The notes under the pieces are model-generated. The model ran no database searches and was not told the origin of the DNA. It saw only the letters and a list, made by a program, of their open reading frames with translations. The position numbers and the translations under genes were made by a program. This document shows positions 39,325 through 48,663 of a DNA stretch of 64,000 nucleotides, in pieces (within the stretch, counting starts at the first letter, position 1; the number at the start of each line of letters is the position of its first letter). This DNA is from Candidatus Moanibacter sp. (lineage in GTDB: Bacteria; Verrucomicrobiota; Verrucomicrobiia; Opitutales; UBA2987). The DNA lies in assembly GCA_965215885.1 (NCBI GenBank), contig CBDCEW010000102.1, forward strand, positions 1-64,000. The letters are read 5' to 3'.

Positions 39325-40755
39325 CTACGGATTTATCGTTAATGGCTCATTCTGATCGTCCTCTGAGTTCACCGCATCCTCAACCCCAATATAGGTCCCC
39401 TCATGGCTCGAACTGAGGGAGGGCCGAATTTCGGCTCCACCATCTGGAACCGGGAAGCGGAGAACTTCAATGCTGGGATCCCGCAAAATCACTGTCTCCG
39501 GAGGATAGGGGAGTTCAGAGGATTCAAGGTAGGCGGTGGCGGATTCAGGATCCCGCATCATCCACCTACTGGCTACCATGGTAACAGTCACTTCCCTTAA
39601 GCGATCTTCGGTGATTGATTCCGCCCAGGTCATGGCCGCTTCGGGATCTTCACTCATGACAGTTAAAGCTACCTGTTTGACGGCACGATCGTAATCGGGG
39701 TGCGAGGGTTGCCGGTTAAGCCACTCCGCTGCCACCGCGGTATCTCCAGCACGCAGCCAGGAATCGACTACTGCAGCAACGCTGCTGACACGCGCAGCAC
39801 CTGCTGGTAAGGCCACCGCCCACTGCGCCGCTCTTTGCGGATCCGAGGCTGCCCAATTCGAGGCAATGGTGGTTAAGGCCATGCTGTTACTGCGTTTTTC
39901 TGAAATATCAAGGACCCATTCCGCCGCATAGAGGGGCTCGTAACGACTCCATAACCTTGCTATGTGATCAATCGTCATCTGTCTGACTGAACTCTCTGGA
40001 AGATCGGAAAACCAACTCAGACGATCTCTAAATTGATCTGTTGCGAAGAGATGATCAGCGACTGTCTTGAGCGCGCTGGTGCGAAGTGCTTCGTTTGCAA
40101 CAGATGCAGCCAGTGAAAATCCGATACGCGGATCATCCTGTGAAATTTCCCGGATTACGGCGTTTATGCGCTCACTCTGAAAGGGACCGGCTCCGGGATT
40201 CTCCACCGTCCAGTCCCATGCGCTTTCCGGATCACTATTGGACCAGCCGGCAAGCGCGGAGGATACTGCGGCCTCAATGTTCCAGTGTTCCGAATGTTCG
40301 AAGGCGAATGCCAGAGCGGAACGACCATCGAGTTCTCCCCAACGCCGTAGAAGCCGTTCGAGCATCTCATCTCGCCTTGCGCCCAGTGGCAAATTTCCTA
40401 TAAAAGCTACGGCCTCGCCAATGTCATTCAGCACCAGGCCTGAAAGAATAACGTCTACGGCATACCCTCGCCGGTGCGGTTGCGCCTCCCGCAAGGCTCG
40501 GGTGAGTGCTTGCTGCACCTGGGGCGGAAAACTCCCTGCTGGATCAAGTGTGGGAGTTTCTCCACTAAATTTTCGAATGACGACAATTCGCTCAATTGTC
40601 TCTTGTGCCTTTTCGAAATCCTGTTCACCGACCACGGAAAGGGAATCCCCGCCTCTGGAACGGGCCCAGTGCGAGCCCAACCAAAACGCGATGGCGATAG
40701 TGAACAGCCAGGCGCTGGAAATCATAAGAGTTTTTCTCCCCAGTTCGCGCTTCAT
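39325..40755 (-). CDS. Membrane-anchored alpha-helical repeat protein (W-x-x-x-DP-x-x-A repeats)
   Basis: N-terminal TM; repeated WSNSDPESAWDW / WAASDPQRAAQW / WMMRDPESA. Confidence 0.75.
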   Translation of the reverse strand: MKRELGRKTLMISSAWLFTIAIAFWLGSHWARSRGGDSLSVVGEQDFEKAQETIERIVVIRKFSGETPTLDPAGSFPPQVQQALTRALREAQPHRRGYAVDVILSGLVLNDIGEAVAFIGNLPLGARRDEMLERLLRRWGELDGRSALAFAFEHSEHWNIEAAVSSALAGWSNSDPESAWDWTVENPGAGPFQSERINAVIREISQDDPRIGFSLAASVANEALRTSALKTVADHLFATDQFRDRLSWFSDLPESSVRQMTIDHIARLWSRYEPLYAAEWVLDISEKRSNSMALTTIASNWAASDPQRAAQWAVALPAGAARVSSVAAVVDSWLRAGDTAVAAEWLNRQPSHPDYDRAVKQVALTVMSEDPEAAMTWAESITEDRLREVTVTMVASRWMMRDPESATAYLESSELPYPPETVILRDPSIEVLRFPVPDGGAEIRPSLSSSHEGTYIGVEDAVNSEDDQNEPLTINP

Positions 40756-40813
40756 GCTCAGTTTCAATTTCTTGTCATTGTGAGCCTGCCGGCAAAGTTC
40801 GACAGGCTCTTAG

Positions 40814-42736
40814 CTAGACCTTATCCGAAAAGCTACTGATTGGCCGCAAAGAGGCGCAAAAGGCGCAAGAAAAACTTGAGAAAAATCATTTTTTGGCTTG
40901 ATAAAAAGTGTCGCAACATGCTAGTGTTTAACAACCTAAGATTAAGAAAGGAGTTAAACATGCCAACATGTGCGACAGAGGAGAACAAAAGCGATAAGAC
41001 GCCCCTTAGCAACCTCATTCTGCCGGTTCCAGACACGGATTTCCGTGATTTTCTGGATGAAGTTGAAGAATTGGCCGGGTTCGCGGCGCAAATCATCGAG
41101 GCGATCGAGAAGGATCTGGACGCCCATGCGCGTGAGAAGAAGAAACTTCGATTGGAAGATCGCAGGTTCTTTGAAGGGCGCACAGCGGAGCTGCCGGAGC
41201 TGGACATCGAGGAGGAGAATATTCTGGCTGCTGAATTGAATCTTGGGGCAGGCCGGCCGCGGATGCCGGCTTATGCGGTATACGTGTTCGTGATGATTCG
41301 AGGGTTTCTGGGTTCGTTGACCACGAAACCGGCACGGCGGTTTGTGCGCGAGTCGATGAGCTTGTACGGATTTTTGCAGAGCGGGGGACTGAGAATGCCG
41401 GCGGTGACGACGATTCTGGAGAACGTGAACCTGGTCAGCCATACGACCCGCGAGTTGATCTTTGATAAACAGATTGGGTTTATCCTCCAGGAGCAATGGG
41501 ACGATTTCGGGAAGCTGACGATCGACAGCACCTCGGTGAAAGCAAACAGCTGCTGGCCCACCGATGGGAAGATTCTGAGCGGTCTTTTGATGCGGGCCAA
41601 TCGTTTGGGTCAGAAGTTGCATGTCTTCGGGCTGGAGGATTTTCGCAAGGGATGGGTTGGGCGTTGGCTGGAGGAAATGGACAAGCTGGAGTTTCAGATT
41701 TGTCTGGCCGCGGGCAAACCGAAGTCGAAGGGCAAGCTGAAGAAACACTACCGGCGGTTGCTCAAGCGGGGCCGCAAGGCGGCCGACTCACTAACGGGGG
41801 AACTGAGCCATCTTGAAGAGGGCCTGTCGATGGATTCACTGCCTCCCACTCGCCGGGAGCTTCTGGAGCGGGCATTGAGCCAGATCAGGGGCGATATTGC
41901 CGACGCCAAGCGGGTTGTTGAGTATGCTCATGATCGGGTGTTTCACGAAAAGAAGCTACCGTCCACACAGAAGGTCCTGAGCCTCTCGGACGGATCGGCG
42001 GCCTACATCAAGAAGGGCAGCCGCAATCCAGTGATCGGGTACAAGCCACAACTGGTTCGCAGCGAAAACGGTTTTGTCACCAGCCTGATCGTACCGCAAG
42101 GCAACGCGGCAGACTCCATTGAGCTGGCGCCGGCCATCGGCGATTCGATCAAGCGCACCGGTGTCATTGCTGAACTGGTCAGCACCGATGACGGATATGC
42201 TTCGGCGAAGGGACGCAAGGAGGTGCTGAGCATGGGGGTAAAGCAGATCAGTATCAGTGGGGCGAAGGGCAAGAAGTTGACCACCCCCGAGGACTGGGAG
42301 AGCGAGGCGTATCGCGAGGCACGCCGCGATCGCTCCGCAGTGGAGTCGCTGATGTTCACGATTAAAGATGGATTTGCCTTTGGCGAACTCGGCCGCCGCG
42401 GCATCGATGCGGTAGGCGATGAACTGCTCGAGAAGGTTCTGGCCTACAACTTCTGCCGCATCATACTGATGAAGAAACGCCGAGGGGAGGAACTGGAACA
42501 GGCAGCCTGAATCTGACCGCTTTGAAGCTCAGAGAAAAAAGCACCACGGGATGAGTATGCCTCCAGACAGCGGCAAATATACGTATTGTGCAGCAAGCCA
42601 CGCCGATGGCCGCTCAATACCTGCTCATCGGCAGCGCCGGCAGCCTAAAACCCGAAACCTGCCAGCCATAGGCTGGTCCGCCCGTGGCGGAGAACCTTAA
42701 ACCGCCCGCTCGAAAGGCTTTTCGAATGGGGTCTAG
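40814..42736 (+). mobile_element. IS (ISNCY/IS5-like DDE) flanked by duplicated CTAG
   Basis: Left end CTAGACCTTATCCGAAAAGC vs reverse complement of right end CTAGACCCCATTCGAAAAGC. Confidence 0.85.
40960..42510 (+). CDS. DDE transposase (ISNCY/IS5-like)
   Basis: GRPRM, IDSTSVKAN..WPTD, STDDGY and RSAVES....K motifs; AAGGAG RBS. Confidence 0.85.
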   Translation: MPTCATEENKSDKTPLSNLILPVPDTDFRDFLDEVEELAGFAAQIIEAIEKDLDAHAREKKKLRLEDRRFFEGRTAELPELDIEEENILAAELNLGAGRPRMPAYAVYVFVMIRGFLGSLTTKPARRFVRESMSLYGFLQSGGLRMPAVTTILENVNLVSHTTRELIFDKQIGFILQEQWDDFGKLTIDSTSVKANSCWPTDGKILSGLLMRANRLGQKLHVFGLEDFRKGWVGRWLEEMDKLEFQICLAAGKPKSKGKLKKHYRRLLKRGRKAADSLTGELSHLEEGLSMDSLPPTRRELLERALSQIRGDIADAKRVVEYAHDRVFHEKKLPSTQKVLSLSDGSAAYIKKGSRNPVIGYKPQLVRSENGFVTSLIVPQGNAADSIELAPAIGDSIKRTGVIAELVSTDDGYASAKGRKEVLSMGVKQISISGAKGKKLTTPEDWESEAYREARRDRSAVESLMFTIKDGFAFGELGRRGIDAVGDELLEKVLAYNFCRIILMKKRRGEELEQAA

Positions 42737-43182
42737 CTAAGTCGGCCTTCATCGACCTCGATCATATCAGCAAAGCTGACTAGATCCTCTCTTTCGGCCA
42801 AACCCATAAGCTCCCTGACTTCAGCAAGTTTCTCTCTGCCCATCGGACTCATTCCCATTTGTCCTACTTTCCGATTCCACACGTGGACTCTGAGGTCCTG
42901 GGGAAACATCTCTTTCAACTTTTCATTCAGTTGGTCATCGTCTATGCACGACCGCACCACCTCGATGACATCTTTGGGATCAATATTGAGATGAAGACAG
43001 AGAAAGCCGTCGAAGCCTCGGGTGAAATTCCGTTGATATGATTCGGGAAGCTCTCCTGCGAGGTGTTTGCGTATCTTTGCTATAAAACGCGGTAAATGCA
43101 ATAACCCGCAAGGGTGCGGAAGATACGGCGAGGGCAGGTCATACAGAATGGCGCCGGTGGGGCCTAAATCCGATTCCGACAT
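42733..43182 (-). CDS. DUF5069 domain protein
   Basis: LPSPY, LPRFIAKIR, GFD..L and IEVDEGR motifs. Confidence 0.75.
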   Translation of the reverse strand: MSESDLGPTGAILYDLPSPYLPHPCGLLHLPRFIAKIRKHLAGELPESYQRNFTRGFDGFLCLHLNIDPKDVIEVVRSCIDDDQLNEKLKEMFPQDLRVHVWNRKVGQMGMSPMGREKLAEVRELMGLAEREDLVSFADMIEVDEGRLS

Positions 43183-43248
43183 GGCGAATCCAATAATGAG
43201 TTGCGCGGGCAAAGTATGCAAAGTAAATTCTCACCTGAATCGAAGGCA

Positions 43249-45042
43249 ATGAACGTCATCTGGAGAGTATCGAATTATCTCTTTCGCTACCGTAAGCTGT
43301 TCCTTCTTACTTTGGGTCTGGCGATCGGCAGTATGCTCTTCCTCCTTACGGTTCCGCGTGTAATCCAATGGGTATTCGACGAGATAATCGCCCAGGAAAA
43401 TTACAGCGGGCTTTGGATTGGTGTGTCGCTGGTGGCCGGATGTTACTTTGGAAGGGAGATATTTAACAGCTTTCGCATTCGCGTGAACAATACCCTGGAA
43501 CAAAAGGTCCTGGTCGATCTGCGGCACGATTTACATGCCAAATTACTTGATTTACCGGTATCTTTCTACGACCGCAGAAAGAGCGGAGAAGTGGCCTCCC
43601 GCGTGATTGAGGACGTTCAGGACCTCGAAAGGGCTCTTCTCGACGGGACTGAACAGGGCAGTGTCGCGATCCTCTCTGTAATCGGAATCACCTCAATGCT
43701 CTTCTGGATGGAAGCGCGCCTGGCGGTGCTTGTGGTCGCACCCCTTCCTCTGTTGTTGTACCTGGCGTGGAACCACTCCAAGGTTACTCGAATAAACTGG
43801 CGACAGGTAAGGGAAGCGGCCGGTGAGCTGAACAGCCTCCTAATCGAGGACATCCAGGGAAATCGACTCATCCATTCGTTCGCCCTGAGAGAACGGGAAC
43901 GCAACCGTTTCAACGAGCAGGCAGAAGAACTGCGTTCGCGAACCCTTACGGCAATGTTTCGATGGTCGATTTACAACCCTGTCTCAAATTTTATATCGAG
44001 CCTCGGAACCGTGGCAGTAGTCGGGATGGGGGGTTATTTGCTACTTACCGATAGCAATTTCACATTTGGTGAGTTTGTGGCTTTCTTCGCCTACTGTGCG
44101 ATGCTTTACGATCCGATTGGCAGGCTCAACATGCTGAACCATATGATAAGCGCGGCAAAGGCTTCCGGAGAACGGGTATTCGAGATTCTCGATCATCCGG
44201 TCGCGATAAAGAATCCTAAGAACCCCAATCCTTTTCCCAAGGGAGTTTTGACTGTCAGTTACGACGATGTCTTCTTTTCTTATCCGCAGAGAGATCAAAT
44301 AATCGAGAATCTTAATCTGGTGCTTCCGGCTGGAGAAGTAACGGCTCTGGTGGGCCATACGGGTGCCGGCAAGAGCACAATTGCCAACCTCCTTCTCCGC
44401 TACTATGATGTCGATCAAGGGTCCGTCTCAATTGAAGGGAACGATGTCCGCACCCTCGACCTTTCGGAACTGCGCGGGAATATTGGCTATGTGGCACAAG
44501 ATCCCTTTCTCTTTGACGGCACAGTCGAGGAGAACATGCTGCTGGCGCGGGAGGATGCTACGGAAATGGACCTCGTTCAAGCGCTCGAAGCGGCCCGGGC
44601 GTGGGAATTTGTCTCTAAACTGCCTTTTGGTATTCGCACAACCATTGGAGAGCGGGGAATTCGCCTGAGTATGGGCGAAAAACAGCGTCTCACGATCGCT
44701 CGAGTACTCTTGAAAAACCCACCGATCATCCTCCTCGATGAAGCCACTTCGAGCGTCGACAGCGTTACCGAAAGCTACATACAAGAGGCGCTCGAATACC
44801 TCATGCAGGAGAGGACCGTCCTCGTGATTGCTCACCGCCTTTCAACCGTGAGGAAGGCCGACCAGATCGTGGTCCTCGATCAGGGGACAGTCACGGAGAT
44901 GGGCTCACATGCTGAGCTTCTCGCATCGGGGTGTTACTATGCGCACCTCTGGCATACCCAGCATGATCTGATCCCCGAGAGAGCGGACTCGACATCACTT
45001 CGAGAAAAAGTTGGCCTGAAAGTGACACCTTATGAGCAGTAG
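43249..45042 (+). CDS. ABC exporter, fused permease/ATPase (MsbA-like)
   Basis: TM domain; GHTGAGKST, LSMGEKQR and LDEATS motifs. Confidence 0.9.
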   Translation: MNVIWRVSNYLFRYRKLFLLTLGLAIGSMLFLLTVPRVIQWVFDEIIAQENYSGLWIGVSLVAGCYFGREIFNSFRIRVNNTLEQKVLVDLRHDLHAKLLDLPVSFYDRRKSGEVASRVIEDVQDLERALLDGTEQGSVAILSVIGITSMLFWMEARLAVLVVAPLPLLLYLAWNHSKVTRINWRQVREAAGELNSLLIEDIQGNRLIHSFALRERERNRFNEQAEELRSRTLTAMFRWSIYNPVSNFISSLGTVAVVGMGGYLLLTDSNFTFGEFVAFFAYCAMLYDPIGRLNMLNHMISAAKASGERVFEILDHPVAIKNPKNPNPFPKGVLTVSYDDVFFSYPQRDQIIENLNLVLPAGEVTALVGHTGAGKSTIANLLLRYYDVDQGSVSIEGNDVRTLDLSELRGNIGYVAQDPFLFDGTVEENMLLAREDATEMDLVQALEAARAWEFVSKLPFGIRTTIGERGIRLSMGEKQRLTIARVLLKNPPIILLDEATSSVDSVTESYIQEALEYLMQERTVLVIAHRLSTVRKADQIVVLDQGTVTEMGSHAELLASGCYYAHLWHTQHDLIPERADSTSLREKVGLKVTPYEQ

Positions 45043-45331
45043 CGACGCGCAGTCAGATCCTGTAGAACTCGAACGGACTCTGGTGGTAAAAAATAAGATG
45101 GGTATACATGCCCGACCCGCTGCCATGATCGTACGGACAACCAACAAGTACGATGTGGAAGTCTCTGTCGAAAAGGATGATGGGCAGGTGAACGGCCGAA
45201 GTATAATGGGATTAATGATGCTCGCTGCAGGTCAGGGCTCGAAACTCCGGTTTACCGTTAAAGGTAGAAAGTCGGAGGAACTCCTCAATGAATTGGGCGT
45301 ACTGTTTGAACGGCAATTTGAAGAGGCCTAG
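45032..45331 (+). CDS. ptsH: Phosphocarrier protein HPr
   Basis: GIHARPA and NGRSIMGLMML motifs. Confidence 0.95.
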   Translation: MSSSDAQSDPVELERTLVVKNKMGIHARPAAMIVRTTNKYDVEVSVEKDDGQVNGRSIMGLMMLAAGQGSKLRFTVKGRKSEELLNELGVLFERQFEEA

Positions 45332-47299
45332 CATCCTTTCGGAATTCGAGCACGGTATTTTGATTCTCGGAGCATTAGGTGATGATATTGATGGCCTTAT
45401 GTAAGTTAAAGACGAAATCATCACAGAGTGCGGGAGTGGATTCAGCGCCCATGGAAGACTTGAGGCTGAGAACCAGTTGCCTGCATGCAGCAAGAATTCT
45501 GGCTGCGTTATGATTACGGATCATACATCGATCTTCATCGAAGAAGCGATCCTTGGGGTAATGATTTTTATTTTCGATCGACCAATGGTTGCGAATTTTC
45601 GAGAGGAACTGTTGAGGGCTCAAATCGGCGGGATCGAGACTGCTTACGTAGTAAGAGCGTTCAGAGGAAGGTTCAGCTTTGTTTGGATAATGGAAGGTGC
45701 GTTGCACACAGGCGAACTGGCGGGCATGGGGCAGGCCGGCAGAGGGAGCGCTTAGAGAATGGGTTGCTATTTGACGTATTTCGAGTCGCCCATGGTCATT
45801 GTCCACGGTTTGGTGGAGAAAAAGGGGGTGGAGCTGAAGAGATTCTGAGCGTATTGATGCATGTTGGGCTGATTGTCTTTAATTTGAATAACATAGTCAG
45901 CACTGAGTTCTTCGACGACGATGTGGGCAGTTTCTTTTTGATTATGCATGGCGTCGAAGGTGAAGGTGGAGCCGTCCAAAATGGGCATCTTTCGCAAGAG
46001 AGTCTGGGCGGCGGTGATCGCGTTGGATTTATCGGCGGTAGCGACTTGGGCTAAGGTTTGAGCGCTTTGGTGATCGACTGCGGCCACCAGGTGCAGAGCC
46101 TTTGATTCTTCGGTGTTTGTGCCTTTGAGGGTCTTGCCGTCGACGGCAATATCGCGGGGCAAACAGCCGTCTTGTAAGCAGATGAATTCGGTGAGGGTTT
46201 TATCGAAGAGCTCGGCCTTTACGTTTTGCAAGACCCGATAGAAGACATCATAGCAAGGGGCCTTATAGCGGCCTGTTTTGGGGTTTTTCCAGGAGCGTAA
46301 GGCGCGCAATTGGGCTTGATTGAGATGATGGGCCAGGCGCACGATGCCCTTGAGGGTCTGTTTGCCGCACATCGTGCCGAGCACAATCATGCTCAGGACC
46401 GTGGCGAGCCGATATCTAAGGCCCGCTTTACGACGGAAGTCTTCTATCTGATTGAAGCGTTCCCACAGGCTGCTCATCTGTTCCACTTTGAGGCAGACCG
46501 CATGGGAGTTATCGGTTTCATTGAGCGCCTGGCTCTGTGCCGCGGGCAATGGCCCTGAAGCGCGCAAAAGCTCAAGGGCATTAGCCTTGAGGGGTTTGAC
46601 CCAGATCTGCTTGGGACGCTCATGGCGTTGATAGAAATCTTCGCGTTGGCGGCCATATCCCGCGCTCAAGCCCAAGGGCGTCCACCCGCTCGCTTCGTAG
46701 CAAGTGCCCCGGTGAATCTGTGGGTCCACGAACGTTTCCGCTACTAAGGGACGATAGCCAAAAGCCTCCTGCCAGTGATCGGCTAAGACTCTCAGGCACA
46801 TACCCAACGTCTTGGAGGCCAAATTTGCAAGATCCACCCCGGGCAAAATCAGAAAACGCCGGTTCTGTACTACCAGTTTCAATCGTGCATGCCGTTGCGC
46901 CCCGTCCCTCCCGATCCATTCGTCTCGATCCTTCAGCCGGTAGGATGCGGCCCCCCACAAGAGCAGGCCCATCCATTGCCCGTCGATCTGCGCCACATAG
47001 CGCAGGGTCTCTCCTGCGCTGCCCGCACTGTGTAAATAATGATGTTGTTTCAATAGATCATTGAATCGCTCCTGCTCTTCGGGCAGGACCAGACGCAGAG
47101 TTAAACGATCTATCGAAGGATTCAGTTGGTAAGATTTTTTGTCTTTCATCCCATCTTAACATGACTGATTCCCTCGGGTTTGTTTAGCTCTTTTTTTATC
47201 TTCTTGCTTATCAGCTAGTTGCTTCCTGGAATCCTTTTACCCTGGGAATTCGAGCCATTGTCGGAGGAGTTTCTCGATTTTATTCCGAAAGGCTGCTAG
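45328..47299 (-). mobile_element. ISAs1-family element with DUF4338 N-terminal domain, CTAG-flanked
   Basis: IRs CTAGCATCCTTTCGGAAT / ATTCCGAAAGGCTGCTAG. Confidence 0.85.
45375..47149 (-). CDS. DUF4338-ISAs1 transposase, in two ORFs (45767-47149 and -1 frame 45375-~45830)
   Basis: RFLILP and ETFVDP..GTCY.AS.W (DUF4338); VDGKTL, FDAMH, HGRLEIR and RNHWSIEN (ISAs1); CCCCCTTTTT at the junction. Confidence 0.8.
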
Positions 47300-47300
47300 A

Positions 47301-47399
47301 TAGGAATCTGTCGGTCTCATCTGCGTTGGAATGTAGATCTGTTACCATCAATACTGCACCACGGAGTTGTTAGGAATTCAAAGTCCGACAGATTCCTAG
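47301..47399. repeat. MITE-like remnant with TAGGAATCTGTCGG...CCGACAGATTCCTAG ends
   Basis: Same IR family as 2882, 7763, 23814, 29868 and 55264. Confidence 0.6.
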
Positions 47400-47445
47400 T
47401 CCCGGCTTGTACGTGATTAGCGTGTCTTTGATTGCTGGCTGCCCC

Positions 47446-47625
47446 GGTCTTGTGCCGGGGTGGCGCGCGTTCCCTGCTATATACCGTGTGCTTCTACCAA
47501 CCCCTCCCCCGGTCCTTTCTCGCCCAAGCCGAAACACGGCTTGGGCGAGAAAGGACCGGGGGAGGGGTGCGCGGTGGCAAATGCGTATTGTAGCTGTATA
47601 CCGTGCGCCACCCCGGCACAAGACC
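47446..47625. repeat. Nested palindromic mini-element (21-bp outer IR, 32-bp perfect inner hairpin)
   Basis: 47446-47466/47605-47625; 47500-47531/47537-47568. Confidence 0.85.
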
Positions 47626-47945
47626 CATAATTACGAAATTGGGTTGGAGAACCCAAAGTAAATGTTATTCAGGCACTTGCAAGATTCTATTGATTACATA
47701 GTATGCCAGAATGGAGTTTCAACGATTGTTGTGTGTGGGTTCGTTAGAGGTAGAGAGCTTTTCCTGCAGGTTTGTTTTCAGTTAGAAACTTGTTGAGTAT
47801 TAATCAGTTACAAAAGCGCTTTGAACGGGGAGTTGATTTCTGGTGGCAATTGAGTAGAAGCGAAGGGAGCTGGAGAAAGTTGGTATTGGCATTGTATGTA
47901 AAATAAAGTTTGCAGTTTTGCCTCCTTTCCATACTGTGCCGGTGC

Positions 47946-48662
47946 ATGCAAGAAGAGCTTTCGCGTAAAGAGAGGGAGGTGGTCGAAGCGGTACGGCGGG
48001 ATCGGGTAAGCACGGTGTGGAGGCTGATGAAGGAGCAGAGGGTGTCGCGGCGAACGGTCTATCGGGCTTTGCAAAAATATGGCCATTACTCCAGTTACAA
48101 TGCCAATTGTGGCTACCTGAGCTTGAAAGACATTCCGCGCTTTGACGGGGCCGGTTTGTGGCGTTTTCGCAAGGGGCGCTTTTCGCGCCACGGCACCTTG
48201 GAGGAGACCGTGGAGGCGGTGGTGGGAGCTTCGCTTTGCGGCTACACGGTGGCTGAGTTGGAGACCCTCCTTGGGGTACGGGTGCACAACCCCATAAGCG
48301 TGCTTTGTAGAAAGAAGCGGTTGAGTCGATACTATGAAGGGCGTCACTGCGTGTATGTCTCGGCCGGGGAACAGGGCGGGGCCGAACAGAAAAAGCGGCG
48401 GCAAGGGCGAAGAACAGCGGCACAAGTTCAGGCAGGGGACCCCGGGGGCGCTTTGCAGGCAGCTCCCGAAGGGCTCGAAACGATGGTCGTGATCGCTTTG
48501 CTGGTCGCCTGTATCGGCCATCCCGAGGCCGGGGTCAAGGAGCTTGTCGAGCTTATGCAAGAGCAGGGAGTAGAGCTGAGCGGGGAGCAAATTGAGCGGG
48601 TGATGGCGTTTTACTCGCTCAAAAAAAACCGGAACGATCGCGGTAGCGGAGCTGTTACATGA
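47946..48662 (+). CDS. IS-associated orfA (predicted HTH DNA-binding protein)
   Basis: SRRTVYRAL..YSSYN, IPRFD..GLW and FSRHGTL; ends just after an A8 run. Confidence 0.7.
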   Translation: MQEELSRKEREVVEAVRRDRVSTVWRLMKEQRVSRRTVYRALQKYGHYSSYNANCGYLSLKDIPRFDGAGLWRFRKGRFSRHGTLEETVEAVVGASLCGYTVAELETLLGVRVHNPISVLCRKKRLSRYYEGRHCVYVSAGEQGGAEQKKRRQGRRTAAQVQAGDPGGALQAAPEGLETMVVIALLVACIGHPEAGVKELVELMQEQGVELSGEQIERVMAFYSLKKNRNDRGSGAVT

Positions 48663-48663
48663 T

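Noticed and set aside
46500..47149. Druantia anti-phage system (DUF4338/DruA)
   Set aside because: The domain is fused to an ISAs1 transposase inside IRs and no druB-E or helicase partners are present
12174..48590. Long antisense ORFs (e.g. 12174-13043, 17520-18335, 40954-41748, 47808-48590)
   Set aside because: Shadow frames of well-supported genes in GC-rich DNA
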